From IMG/VR virus record IMGVR_UViG_3300035703_000008, positions 144,933 through 208,932 of that record: a DNA stretch of 64,000 nucleotides; one strand, written 5' to 3'. A program made the position numbers and the translations under genes. Position 1 is the stretch's first letter. The number at the start of each line of letters is the position of its first letter. Shown here piece after piece: positions 8,317 to 18,675 of the stretch. Under the pieces are notes generated by a model, which saw nothing but the letters and a program-made list of their open reading frames with translations, was not told the DNA's origin and did not search any database.

Positions 8317-9134
8317 AAATTTGCCATGTCCAGGGTAAACTGTTGCTGGTACTCGTTGCTGCAAGCGGTACACTTCATCTTGAGCGGTTTCAGCTCGCCG
8401 GTTTCTTTCACGGCCACGATGTGATCTCGGATCTTGGCAAACATCTTGCGATCACAGTTGGCCAACCATTCGGCGATGTGCTCGGGATCCTCGACCTGTG
8501 CTGCAGGAGTCTGCACCAATCTGATGTTTTGTGCCAGAGCTTGGGTAGTGATCTCAGTGATCTTTTTCAGCATGGCTCCCATCTGTGCCAGTCGCTGCTG
8601 ATCTTCCATGTCAGCAGCACCAAGGGCCTGCAGGGTCTTTTGTTCTTCAAACTGGCGCATGCTGTTTTCATTGATCTGGCGATAGGTCATGGGCCGGAAA
8701 TACAGCTTGAGATCGCCCAGTTCCAGGAATTCGTCGTAGTCGGGCCGGCCAATGTTTTCCAGGATCTGACGCAGGTCCAGGGCGTAATCTTCTTCGTTTT
8801 CGCATTTGGGACAGCGTGTGGTGATCTCCATCTCATGACCGTAAGTGGCGATGCGTATGGCCGTGATCACGGTGTCGATGTCCATGCTGGGCATTTTCCA
8901 AGCATCTCGGATGTTGGGCACACAGCTTTGGATCACCGACGGCACCGCTGATCCGTTGAACAGGGCATCAGGTGTGCGATAAGTGATCTCGTCCAGGGTG
9001 GTCATGGGCATCACGGGATATTCGCCGTTGGCAGTGGGTTCCAACGCGCCTTCGGGATAGTAACGGCCATCGCTGGGCAGGCGGATATAGATCGCCGGTT
9101 GGCGGAAATACTGCTTGAGTGGGTTGTTTGGCAT
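8298..9134 (-). CDS. gp26: baseplate hub subunit / tail assembly chaperone (T4 gp26-like)
   Basis: NPLKQYFRQPAIYIRLPS, MTTLDE, AIRIATYG, two CxxC motifs, ends NFF; start moved to ATG 9134, downstream of TATAAATA. Confidence 0.75.
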   Translation of the reverse strand: MPNNPLKQYFRQPAIYIRLPSDGRYYPEGALEPTANGEYPVMPMTTLDEITYRTPDALFNGSAVPSVIQSCVPNIRDAWKMPSMDIDTVITAIRIATYGHEMEITTRCPKCENEEDYALDLRQILENIGRPDYDEFLELGDLKLYFRPMTYRQINENSMRQFEEQKTLQALGAADMEDQQRLAQMGAMLKKITEITTQALAQNIRLVQTPAAQVEDPEHIAEWLANCDRKMFAKIRDHIVAVKETGELKPLKMKCTACSNEYQQQFTLDMANFFEAAS

Positions 9135-9149
9135 GGTTTTAGGTTTGGG

Positions 9150-9176
9150 TAAATAAGATGCAGCGAAATATTTATA
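9150..9176. promoter_or_regulatory. pair of opposite-strand late promoters
   Basis: TAAATA on + at 9150-9155 (towards tape measure) and a perfect T4-type TATAAATA on - at 9169-9176 (towards gp26-like gene). Confidence 0.7.
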
Positions 9177-9189
9177 GGCCAAAAACTCT

Positions 9190-12100
9190 GTGGATCAAGA
9201 ACTAGCACTTTTAATTGAACAACTGCGCGAGCTGACCCCGGCTCTGCGCAGCATGGGCGAGACCCAGGCCACGGCTTATACACGAGCCTCGGACCGCTTT
9301 GTGGCCAGCATGGCCAAAGTCGTGGCCAGCATGGAGAAAAGCAATCAAACACGGGCCCAGCAACAGCGAGCCACAGAAAAGTTCATTCGCGAAGTAGAAA
9401 AAGCCGCTGATGCCACCGAAGAATATCGCCAAGAACAAGAACGCCTGGCCCGTGAGCAAGAAGATGCTGCACGCGCCGCCGAAGAGCTGGCAGGTTCTCT
9501 AGATAGAGCCAGCCGCGCCAGCGATGCCGATCGAAATCGTGCAGCACTGCGCATGATGCGAGATCAGCGTCGTGCTCAATTTGATGATCAGAGAGAAGTT
9601 ACCGCGGGTCGGCTGTTTGACGAATTTGGCCGTGGTACCACTCTCATGGGTGCCGCACGCGAGGGCCTTGAGAATCTTGGAGGCACCAGCATTGGTGCCA
9701 CAGCAGGCCTACGCTTGTTCACTGCTGGTATAGAAGGTGCAGGCAAGGCCCTGCTCAGCTATGCCAAGGCCATGTACGACGGGGAACAAGGCGCGGCTGT
9801 TGCGGCCAAATCTGTGAAAGAATTCGCGGATACGGTCAGTAACGCGGCCATGGCCATTGGCACAGCCATGATGTTGATCCCGAAGTTGGGCATAGCCGCT
9901 CGCGTCGCTGGCGCGGCCGTGACGGCACTTGGCGGTGCAGCCAAACTTGGCGCCGAAGCCACAAAACTCGCGGCCGAACAAAGCGATCGTCTCTACAAAA
10001 ACTATCAGGTTCTCGGAAAATCCGGTGTGACCGCAGCCGATGGCATGATGGGCTTGGCCGAAGATGCGCAGCGTTTGGGTTATGGACTCAACGATGTTGA
10101 TCTTGCTGCATTCCAGCAGACCCTGGGTGGTGCCAGCAAAGATCTAGCCATGCTGTCAGGTTCGGCCGTGGACGGACGCCGGAGCTTTGCTCGGTTTTCG
10201 GGCGATATAACACGCAGCGAGCTTGGCGAATACTTCATGAATCTTGGCATGAGCGTGGACGAGATCAACGCAGGCACAGCAGGATTCGTCAAGCAACAGG
10301 TCAATCTTGGTCGTGCGCAAGGCATGACACAGGCACAGCTGACGCAAGGTGCTGTCAAGTATCTCAAAGAACTGGATGTGCTGACCAAGCTCACGGGCAT
10401 GCAAAAGCAAGAGCTTGAAGCGCAGATGGATTCCAACCGCAGGAACGAGAGATTCCGCGCAGCCATCGAAAAAGTGCGGGCCGAGCAAGGTGACGAAGCT
10501 GCTAGAAATCTCGAAATGAACATGGCCGTGGCCTCAGAGCGATTCCCTGGTCTGGCCAAAGGTCTCATGGATATCTCGGCGGGATTCGTCAACACCGAAG
10601 AAGCACAAAAAGTATTCCGCGCTGGCATGCAAGACGTGCCCATGCTGATGACCAAAGGACTGGGATCGGGCTTCCAGGAAATGGGGCAAGCCGCACAGAG
10701 AACCACAGATGCATTCGGGCATTTGGCAGCCGTGGGTGCCTACGGTGATGTGTTTGGCGACTATTATGAAAGCATGAAGGCCGCGGGCATGAGCAACGAG
10801 GATGCTGCCAAGCGTGCCCTAGAGTTGGCCGAGATACAGAAAAAACAAGGTGAAGGCGCTGACGCTGCTACCAAAGCACAGACTGAACTGCGACGCAGCC
10901 AGATGAACGCCAGGGACGACCTGCAAAACATGGTCAAAACTGGTGTGGTGTCTGCCACCAACGGCCTGAATTCGTTTGGAAAAGCCGCAGAAACCGTGGC
11001 CGATTCCATACGCAAGATGTTTGGCATCAAGACACCGGCATCAGAATTCAAAGGGCAAGTTGATCCAGAGCAGGTGAAAAAATCCCAGGAACAACTGGAG
11101 CTGGCCAAGAAGCGCAGTGAACTGGCTGACAAAAACCTAGCAGCAGCACGAGCTGAACTCGAAGAATTACAAAAGCAAAATGCCAGTTTTAGAAAAACGC
11201 GAGAAGCAAGGATCCGTGTATTCAAAGCACAGGAAGAACAGAGTCGCGCCCAGACTGCTCTAGCTGGTGCTACAAAAAGAGCCAGAGCAGCGGCACCGGC
11301 TGCTCAAGGAGCTCCAGGAGCTCCATCAGCTGGAGGAACTCCCTCACTCGGCACAACACCAGCACTTGGTACACCGTCTACTACACCGGCCACCGCCCCA
11401 AGCACTACCTCCCCAACCACTGGTGCAACACCTGCCGGAGGCCAGGACACAGCTGGAGCTACCGCTCCAACCAGCGACCTAGTACCCAAGCTGCTGGACT
11501 TTATTGGAAAAATAGAATCTCGCAACAACTACAACGTGTTAGTGGGAGGAAAAACCAAATCTGATCCAGCTCTCACAGACATGACCGTGGCACAGGTGCA
11601 AGAATTCCAGAGCAAGATGCTGGGCATGGGCCGAGAAAGCACAGCAGTGGGCAAATATCAGATCATCAGAAAAACCCTGGCTGGACTGATAGAAGAGGGA
11701 GTGGTCAAACCTTCGGACAAGTTTGATGCCGCTACCCAAGACAAGCTGGCCATAGCCTTGCTGGAACGTCGTGGGCTCAGAGACTATCAGTCGGGCAAGA
11801 TCAAACCCAACACGTTTGCCGACAACCTTGCCATGGAGTGGGCCAGTTTGCCTATGTCCAACAATCGCAGCTACTATGCTGACATTGGCAGCAACAAGAG
11901 CGGTGTTGATCGTGACGCTGTCATGCAAGTGATCGCTGCAGCCAAAGGTGGAGTAGCACAAGGGCCCAAGCTAGGGTATCCAGCTGTGCTACACGGTACC
12001 GAAGCTGTGGTACCTTTGCCTGATGGCAAACACATTCCAGTTGACATCAAAAACTTTGATATTCGAAAGATCATAGATTCTATGATGACTAAAAAATCCC

Positions 12101-12660
12101 GCGCATTGGGATTTGACAACAAGAATATCTCAGTTGATATCAAAAACTTTGATGTACAAAAAATCATGGATACCATGATGACCAAGTGGATGGATCCATC
12201 AGCTGTGCGACAACTACAGGGCAAGGACCGTGGGGATAAGTCAATAGAATCCAGCTTTGCCTATCTCATGGACAACTACGGAAAAGAGTCAAAGAATCTT
12301 GATCGTATCACAGAGTCGTTGTCCACGATGTTTGCTAGCATGCAAGATCGAGTGCTGCCAGAGATATCAAACTTAAAAGACAGCGTGTTTACTTCTATCG
12401 CAGACATGCGATCTCGTGAAATCGCAACCACGGGCACAGCCATCGATGATCAATTCTTGCAAGAACTGCGGGCAGTGAACAGAGAACTGCCCACAGCAGT
12501 AGAACGTGCGGTACGAACAGCCATGACTGACACACAACGGGCACAAGCTGATGTATCTGCGGCTGTGAAATCCCTGATCCCCGAACTGCAAACACAGACA
12601 CAGGTCTTGCAACGTCAGACATCAGTGAGCGAGCGTATATTACAGGCAGCACAAAACTAG
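9190..12660 (+). CDS. tape measure protein with lambda-R-like lysozyme domain
   Basis: 1156 aa, Ala/Gly/Gln-rich and helical; domain IGKIES..NY...TAVGKYQ...QDKLAIALL..RG...EWASLP; adjacent to the chaperone gene. Confidence 0.8.
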   Translation: MDQELALLIEQLRELTPALRSMGETQATAYTRASDRFVASMAKVVASMEKSNQTRAQQQRATEKFIREVEKAADATEEYRQEQERLAREQEDAARAAEELAGSLDRASRASDADRNRAALRMMRDQRRAQFDDQREVTAGRLFDEFGRGTTLMGAAREGLENLGGTSIGATAGLRLFTAGIEGAGKALLSYAKAMYDGEQGAAVAAKSVKEFADTVSNAAMAIGTAMMLIPKLGIAARVAGAAVTALGGAAKLGAEATKLAAEQSDRLYKNYQVLGKSGVTAADGMMGLAEDAQRLGYGLNDVDLAAFQQTLGGASKDLAMLSGSAVDGRRSFARFSGDITRSELGEYFMNLGMSVDEINAGTAGFVKQQVNLGRAQGMTQAQLTQGAVKYLKELDVLTKLTGMQKQELEAQMDSNRRNERFRAAIEKVRAEQGDEAARNLEMNMAVASERFPGLAKGLMDISAGFVNTEEAQKVFRAGMQDVPMLMTKGLGSGFQEMGQAAQRTTDAFGHLAAVGAYGDVFGDYYESMKAAGMSNEDAAKRALELAEIQKKQGEGADAATKAQTELRRSQMNARDDLQNMVKTGVVSATNGLNSFGKAAETVADSIRKMFGIKTPASEFKGQVDPEQVKKSQEQLELAKKRSELADKNLAAARAELEELQKQNASFRKTREARIRVFKAQEEQSRAQTALAGATKRARAAAPAAQGAPGAPSAGGTPSLGTTPALGTPSTTPATAPSTTSPTTGATPAGGQDTAGATAPTSDLVPKLLDFIGKIESRNNYNVLVGGKTKSDPALTDMTVAQVQEFQSKMLGMGRESTAVGKYQIIRKTLAGLIEEGVVKPSDKFDAATQDKLAIALLERRGLRDYQSGKIKPNTFADNLAMEWASLPMSNNRSYYADIGSNKSGVDRDAVMQVIAAAKGGVAQGPKLGYPAVLHGTEAVVPLPDGKHIPVDIKNFDIRKIIDSMMTKKSRALGFDNKNISVDIKNFDVQKIMDTMMTKWMDPSAVRQLQGKDRGDKSIESSFAYLMDNYGKESKNLDRITESLSTMFASMQDRVLPEISNLKDSVFTSIADMRSREIATTGTAIDDQFLQELRAVNRELPTAVERAVRTAMTDTQRAQADVSAAVKSLIPELQTQTQVLQRQTSVSERILQAAQN

Positions 12661-12673
12661 GGTTAAATATCGT

Positions 12674-14464
12674 ATGGGTTGGAAAAAATACTTCAAGGTA
12701 GCAAATGCCAATGGTGAGCTGAGTCCGCTTTCGGGATCAACTGCACAGGGTCTGCCCGGCTATGGGCGCAACAACGGTGCAGATCCCATGACCGGGCATG
12801 CTAATGTGGTGTACCGCAACTATGCCAGCCAACTGCCTGAAGTCTATTCAGGACACCCCAATCGTATTGAAAGATACAATCAATACGAAAACATGGACAC
12901 CGATTCAGAGATCAATGCCTGTCTGGATATCATATCAGAATTTTCCACCCAGGTCGATGAGCAAACTGGTGTGCCTTTCCGTGTCAGCTACAACGAGCAG
13001 CCCACTGACAGCGAAGTAGAAATCATCAAAAAACAGCTCAAGCAATGGGTCAAGCTCAACAAGCTAGATCAGCGCATATTCAAGCTGTTCCGTAACACAC
13101 TCAAGTACGGAGACCAGGTCTTTGTGCGCGACCCAGAAACATTTGAGATGTACTGGGTAGACATGACCAAGGTCAGTCGAGTGATCGTCAACGAAAGCGA
13201 GGGCAAAAGACCCGAGCAGTATGTGATCCGAGACATCAACCCCAACTTCCAGAATCTCACGATCGCAGCCAAGACCACATCAGATTATCAGAGCAATCCT
13301 CCCAGCTCGGGTTATGTGGGTCAGTTCAACTACACAGCGCCGCAGTCCAATGTGCCAGGTGGTAGTGCTGGCCAGAGCCGATTCTCAGCGGCTATGAACG
13401 AAGCCGTGTTGGATGCCAAGCATGTGGTGCACATCAGCCTCAGCGAAGGACTGGACTTTTTCTGGCCGTTTGGGCAGAGCATACTTGATGTGATCTATCG
13501 TGTTTTCAAGCAGAAAGAACTGCTAGAAGATGCGGTGCTGATCTATCGCGTGAGTCGTGCTCCTGAGCGCCGGGTATTCAAGATTGACGTGGGCAACATG
13601 CCTAGCCACATGGCCATGAGCTTTGTGGAGCGTGTTAAAAACGAGATCCATCAGCGCAGGATACCCAGCCATACCGGGGGTGGAGATGGTCGACACATCA
13701 TGGATTCGGGCTACAACCCACTTAGTATCAACGAAGACTACTTTTTCCCACAGACCGCAGACGGTCGTGGTTCCAGCGTAGAAACACTGCCCGGCGGGTC
13801 AAATCTCGGCGAGATCGACGACCTCAAGTACTTCAACAACAAGATGTGCCGCGGTCTGCGTGTGCCTTCCAGCTATCTGCCCACCGGACCCGACGACAGC
13901 GACCGCCCCATGAACGATGGACGTGTGGGCACAGCGCTCATCCAGGAGTATCGTTTCAATCAATACTGCGAGCGTCTACAGCGTCTAGTGGTACAAAAGC
14001 TCGACGACGAGTTCAAGATGTTCATGCGTTGGCGTGGCCTCAACATTGATTCGGGTCTGTTCAATCTTGAATTTTGCCCCCCGCAAAACTTTGCCAGCTA
14101 TCGCGAAGCCGAGTTGGATACCACTCGTGTGAGCACTTTCCAAAGCCTTGATGGTGTACCTTATTTCAGCAAGAGATTCTTGCTCAAACGCTATCTTGGA
14201 CTCACTGAAGAAGAGATCACAGAAAACGAGACCATGTGGTTGGAAGAGCGCAGCAAACCAGACATGCCGGGTGCTACTGGACAGGATCTGCGATCTGTGG
14301 GCATCAATCCTGCCGATCTCGAGTCTGATATCACAACCGGTGAAGAGTTGTCAGATCTTTCCATAGGTGCACCAGGAGAGATTGGTGCTGGAGAACCAGG
14401 CACCACCGGAGCCAGCCCAGGACAACAGCCAGGTGCGGCCGTGACTCCCCCGCCAGCCGCATAA
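12674..14464 (+). CDS. gp20: portal vertex protein
   Basis: LEDAVLIYRVSRAPERRVFKIDVGNMP, EDYFFP, VETLPGG.NLGEIDDLKYF. Confidence 0.96.
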   Translation: MGWKKYFKVANANGELSPLSGSTAQGLPGYGRNNGADPMTGHANVVYRNYASQLPEVYSGHPNRIERYNQYENMDTDSEINACLDIISEFSTQVDEQTGVPFRVSYNEQPTDSEVEIIKKQLKQWVKLNKLDQRIFKLFRNTLKYGDQVFVRDPETFEMYWVDMTKVSRVIVNESEGKRPEQYVIRDINPNFQNLTIAAKTTSDYQSNPPSSGYVGQFNYTAPQSNVPGGSAGQSRFSAAMNEAVLDAKHVVHISLSEGLDFFWPFGQSILDVIYRVFKQKELLEDAVLIYRVSRAPERRVFKIDVGNMPSHMAMSFVERVKNEIHQRRIPSHTGGGDGRHIMDSGYNPLSINEDYFFPQTADGRGSSVETLPGGSNLGEIDDLKYFNNKMCRGLRVPSSYLPTGPDDSDRPMNDGRVGTALIQEYRFNQYCERLQRLVVQKLDDEFKMFMRWRGLNIDSGLFNLEFCPPQNFASYREAELDTTRVSTFQSLDGVPYFSKRFLLKRYLGLTEEEITENETMWLEERSKPDMPGATGQDLRSVGINPADLESDITTGEELSDLSIGAPGEIGAGEPGTTGASPGQQPGAAVTPPPAA

Positions 14465-14472
14465 ATACTGAT

Positions 14473-14691
14473 ATGATACTAAACGAGATCTATGAACGCC
14501 CACCCGAGGAATTCCAAGACACTGCGCAGGACAACAGCCAACCACGCCTGGGCGATCTCCGCAAGACCAAACTCACTCTGCGTCAACTCAATAAGCTGCG
14601 CAGGATGAACGATGTTCGTTCTTACGAGTACAAGGAAAAGCTCAAAAACATCCAGCTGATCTATGCACCACCGGCTCAACCTCTGGGTTGA
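14473..14691 (+). CDS. small head-associated hypothetical protein
   Basis: 72 aa ORF between portal and core genes; TAAATA 5 nt upstream of ATG. Confidence 0.7.
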   Translation: MILNEIYERPPEEFQDTAQDNSQPRLGDLRKTKLTLRQLNKLRRMNDVRSYEYKEKLKNIQLIYAPPAQPLG

Positions 14692-14793
14692 TCGTCATTT
14701 TCCAGTAATATTTCCTGATTTTATAGCTTAAACTGCTTATAAAACCCTCCATGGCTTAAATATCTAACAGAGCCATTACTTTTGGAGGGTCTC

Positions 14794-15651
14794 ATGAATA
14801 AATTTGAACAACTGATCGAATACGTGATCAATGACGAGGAAGCAAAAGCTCGCGAGCTTTTCCACGAGATCGTCGTTGACAAGAGCCGTCAGATCTACGA
14901 AGAACTCATGCAAGAGGAGTCCACCGAAGACGAAGACGAGAAAGCCGAAAAGGCCGGTGAAAAAGTCACCAAAGATCTTGAGTACGATGATGCCAAAGAT
15001 CGCAAGGAAAAGAAGATGGACGAAGGCATGCACGACATGGATGAAACCATGGGCGGCGACGCTGCTGACGACCTCATCGACGATGTAGAAACCGAAGAAC
15101 AAGGCCTTTCCATGGAAGCCGAAGGTGATGACGAAGAAGATCATCACGATGACATGGGCGGCAACGAAGAGCTGGAAGATCGTGTGGTTGATCTCGAAGA
15201 CAAGCTCGACGAACTCATGGCTGAATTTGAAGCTCTCATGGGCGGCGATGAAGACATGGGCGACGAAGAAGGCGAAGAGATGGACATGGACATGGAAGTT
15301 GACACTGACGGTGGCGACGACATGACTGACATTGAAGTAGCTGACGACGAGTTTGAAACCGAAGGCATGATGGAAGCTGTGACACTGAAAGCAGTGCCCA
15401 AGCCCACACACGGCGATAACGGTGCTAACAACAAGAGCCCTGTGGCTGCCAATGCTGGCGCTAAAGGTGCAATGGCTCAGCCCGTCAAGATGACTGGCGA
15501 TACAGCGCAAGGACGTCCTGCTCCCACAGCAAAAGATGCCATCGGCAAGGTTGGTAACACACCTGCTCAAAGCACACAAGAACCCAAGCCTGCAACCAAG
15601 CCCCATCTGGCACAGGCCTCCGGTGTCAACACCAAGTCTGTTATCCAATAA
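14794..15651 (+). CDS. acidic prohead core protein (gp67/gp68-like position)
   Basis: very D/E-rich; lies between portal and protease; GGAGG RBS before ATG 14794. Confidence 0.7.
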   Translation: MNKFEQLIEYVINDEEAKARELFHEIVVDKSRQIYEELMQEESTEDEDEKAEKAGEKVTKDLEYDDAKDRKEKKMDEGMHDMDETMGGDAADDLIDDVETEEQGLSMEAEGDDEEDHHDDMGGNEELEDRVVDLEDKLDELMAEFEALMGGDEDMGDEEGEEMDMDMEVDTDGGDDMTDIEVADDEFETEGMMEAVTLKAVPKPTHGDNGANNKSPVAANAGAKGAMAQPVKMTGDTAQGRPAPTAKDAIGKVGNTPAQSTQEPKPATKPHLAQASGVNTKSVIQ

Positions 15652-15663
15652 GGATCCGGGTAA

Positions 15664-16290
15664 ATGGCTCTTTACCTAAGAGAAAATCTTACCTTCAACC
15701 AAGCCAACATTGTTGTGGAAGGCGCGGGAGAAGGTAAGGATCTCTATATGAAAGGTATCTGTATCCAAGGCGGGGTTAAAAATGCCAATGAGCGTGTTTA
15801 CCCTGTGCAAGAGATCGAGCGTGCAGTGCAAACACTGAACGAGCAGATCACCGAAGGCTACAGTGTCATGGGCGAAGTTGATCACCCCGATGATCTCAAA
15901 GTAAACCTAGATCGAGTCAGTCACATCATCACTTCGATGTGGATGGACGGTCCCAACGGTTTTGGAAAACTAAAAATATTGCCCACGCCCATGGGTCAGC
16001 TGGTTTCTACCATGCTGAATTCTGGTGTGAAGCTAGGAGTTTCGAGTCGTGGCAGCGGTAATGTCGACGACCGTACAGGATACGTCAGTGACTTTGAGAT
16101 AGTCACTGTCGATATTGTTGCCCAGCCCAGCGCTCCCAACGCATATCCCAAGGCTATCTACGAAGGACTCATGAACATGAAATATGGTCATCGTACCCTC
16201 GAGATAGCACGCGATGCTGGTCAGGACAACAAAGTACAGAGATACTTGAAGAGCGAAGTAATCAAGCTCATCAATGATCTCAAAATCTAG
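15664..16290 (+). CDS. gp21: prohead protease
   Basis: NANERVY, GEVDHP, VSH, GVSSRGSG, DIVAQPSAPNA. Confidence 0.95.
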   Translation: MALYLRENLTFNQANIVVEGAGEGKDLYMKGICIQGGVKNANERVYPVQEIERAVQTLNEQITEGYSVMGEVDHPDDLKVNLDRVSHIITSMWMDGPNGFGKLKILPTPMGQLVSTMLNSGVKLGVSSRGSGNVDDRTGYVSDFEIVTVDIVAQPSAPNAYPKAIYEGLMNMKYGHRTLEIARDAGQDNKVQRYLKSEVIKLINDLKI

Positions 16291-16299
16291 GAGAATCGC

Positions 16300-17391
16300 A
16301 TGTTTGATGCACTGAAACCACTACTAGATAGCGATCTTATCAATGAAGACACTCGCACAGCGATTTCTGAAGCCTGGGAAACCAAGCTCAATGAAGCTCG
16401 TGAGCAAGTGCGTGCAGAACTCCGCGAAGAGTTTGCACAACGCTATGAGCATGACAAAACAGTGATGGTGGAAGCCCTAGATCGCATGGTAACAGAAGGT
16501 CTCTCTGCAGAGATCCAGGCTGTGACTGCTGAAAAGCAAGCACTGGCCGAAGATCGCGTTCGTTTCCAAAGCAAGATGAAAGAAAGTGCCTCGAAGTTTG
16601 ACAGCTTCATGGTTTCTAAACTTGCCGAAGAAATCGGCGAACTGCGCAAGGATCGCAAACAGCACAACGAAGGATTCAAGAAACTCGAGAAATTCGTGGT
16701 GCGTGCCCTTGCTGAAGAGATCCGGGAATTTGCCGAAGACAAGCGTGACTTGGTGGAAACCAAAGTGCGTCTGGTCAGCGAAGCAAGATCCAAGCTGGAA
16801 TCACTGAAAGCACGATTCATCAAAGAATCTGCTAACAAGATGAGCCGGGCTGTTAGCCAGCATCTCCGGGCCGAACTGACCCAGTTGCAAGAAGACATCA
16901 AGATTGCTCGAGAGAACAATTTTGGTCGTCGCTTGTTTGAAGCGTTTGCTGCCGAATTTGGTGCTACTCATCTCAATGAGAACGCCGAAGTCCGCAAGCT
17001 CTCGCAGCTTGTTCAAGACAAGAACCGTCAACTGGCAGAAGCCACCCAGACCCTCGAGAAAGCCAAAGTTCTCGTTGAGTCCAAGGACCGTGAGATTCGC
17101 ATGATCAAAGAATCCAATGTGCGTCAAAGCACAATGGAAGAGCTGCTGAGTCCTCTCAACGAGGAAAAGCGTGAGGTCATGAAGAATCTCTTGGAAAGCG
17201 TTCAAACCAACCGTTTGAAGAACGCTTTTGAGAAATATCTACCAGCAGTACTCGCTGAAGGCAAATCATCGAAAGCTCGTCAAGTGATCGCTGAAAGCCA
17301 TGTCGAAGTCACTGGTGATAAAAGTGTCAAGGCAGTTGAAGACGAATCTCGTTCCAACGTGATCGACATCAAACGCCTGGCAGGACTGTAA
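16300..17391 (+). CDS. gp22: prohead core scaffolding protein
   Basis: coiled-coil, E/K-rich; lies between gp21 and gp23. Confidence 0.85.
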   Translation: MFDALKPLLDSDLINEDTRTAISEAWETKLNEAREQVRAELREEFAQRYEHDKTVMVEALDRMVTEGLSAEIQAVTAEKQALAEDRVRFQSKMKESASKFDSFMVSKLAEEIGELRKDRKQHNEGFKKLEKFVVRALAEEIREFAEDKRDLVETKVRLVSEARSKLESLKARFIKESANKMSRAVSQHLRAELTQLQEDIKIARENNFGRRLFEAFAAEFGATHLNENAEVRKLSQLVQDKNRQLAEATQTLEKAKVLVESKDREIRMIKESNVRQSTMEELLSPLNEEKREVMKNLLESVQTNRLKNAFEKYLPAVLAEGKSSKARQVIAESHVEVTGDKSVKAVEDESRSNVIDIKRLAGL

Positions 17392-17408
17392 TATAAAGGA
17401 GACATAGA

Positions 17409-18626
17409 ATGTCACAAGAACTGCTTGAAAGCCGTTGGGACGAGACCAAAGATGCCCTCATGGAAGGCCTCAAAGGTAGCCGTCGCAATACAATGGGTGT
17501 AATCCTTGAGAACACTCGCAAGTACCTGAAAGAGAATGCCAGCCCCGGTTCTACAGTTTCGGGTAACATCGCCACTCTGAACCGTGTGATCCTGCCAGTG
17601 ATTCGACGGGTCATGCCCACTGTCATCGCTAACGAACTCGTTGGTGTGCAGCCCATGACTGGTCCTGTTGGCCAGATCCACACTCTGCGTGTGCGTTATG
17701 CTTCGACCATGACTGACCAAACAGCAGCCGCTACTTCCGTAGTTGCTGGTGAAGAAGCTCTGTCACCATTTAAGATCGCTGTTGCTTACTCCGCTGGCGC
17801 TCGTGGTGCTGACAACGCTGCTACAACACAAACTGCTGCCCAGGGTTATGCTGGTGGCACAACTGCTCTGCTCGAGGGCAACGGTGGTCGTCAGATCTCC
17901 GTGCAGATCCTGAAGCAGGCTGTTGAAGCCAAAACTCGTAAACTGCAAGCTCGCTGGACATTTGAAGCTGCTCAAGACGCACAAGCCATGCACGGTATTG
18001 ACGTTGAGGCAGAAATCATGGCCGCACTTGCCCAGGAAATCACTGCTGAAATCGATCAGGAGATCCTCCTGAGCCTCCGCAGCCTGGCCACTACAGAGTT
18101 CACATACAACCAAGCTACCGTTTCTGGTACAGCTACATTCGTTGGTGACGAGCACGCTGCTCTTGCTGTTCTCATCAATCGTGTTGCTAACCTGATCGCT
18201 CAGCGTACACGCCGTGGCGCAGGTAACTGGGCAGTTGTTTCGCCCGCTTCGTTGACTGTGCTCCAGTCCGCAACAACTTCTGCTTTTGCTCGTACTACAG
18301 AAGGTACTTTCGAAGCACCTACCAACACCAAGTTCGTTGGAACACTGAACGGCGCAATGCGTGTGTTCGTTGACTCCTATGCCAGCGACTCCACACCTGT
18401 GCTGGTTGGTTACAAGGGTTCGTCTGAGGCTGACGCAGCAGCATTCTACTGCCCCTACATCCCCCTCATGAGCTCTGGTGTTGTTCTGGATCCCACAACG
18501 TTTGAACCCGTTGTGAGCTTCATGACACGTTATGGCTACATCGAGCTTACAAACACAGCCTCGTCCTTTGGCAACGCAGGCGACTATGTTGGTGAGATCG
18601 CTGTTTCTAACCTGTCGTTCTCCTAA
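17409..18626 (+). CDS. gp23: major capsid protein
   Basis: VGVQPMTGPVGQI, AKTRKLQARWT.E..QD..A.HG, EITAEIDQE, FYCPYIPL, MTRYG. Confidence 0.97.
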   Translation: MSQELLESRWDETKDALMEGLKGSRRNTMGVILENTRKYLKENASPGSTVSGNIATLNRVILPVIRRVMPTVIANELVGVQPMTGPVGQIHTLRVRYASTMTDQTAAATSVVAGEEALSPFKIAVAYSAGARGADNAATTQTAAQGYAGGTTALLEGNGGRQISVQILKQAVEAKTRKLQARWTFEAAQDAQAMHGIDVEAEIMAALAQEITAEIDQEILLSLRSLATTEFTYNQATVSGTATFVGDEHAALAVLINRVANLIAQRTRRGAGNWAVVSPASLTVLQSATTSAFARTTEGTFEAPTNTKFVGTLNGAMRVFVDSYASDSTPVLVGYKGSSEADAAAFYCPYIPLMSSGVVLDPTTFEPVVSFMTRYGYIELTNTASSFGNAGDYVGEIAVSNLSFS

Positions 18627-18643
18627 TCAGAGAATCGTAACAA

Positions 18644-18675
18644 AACAAAAAAGCCCCGAAAGGGGCTTTTTTGTT
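18644..18675 (+). terminator. intrinsic terminator after gp23 (likely bidirectional)
   Basis: AAAAAGCCCC-GAAA-GGGGCTTTTTT. Confidence 0.9.
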
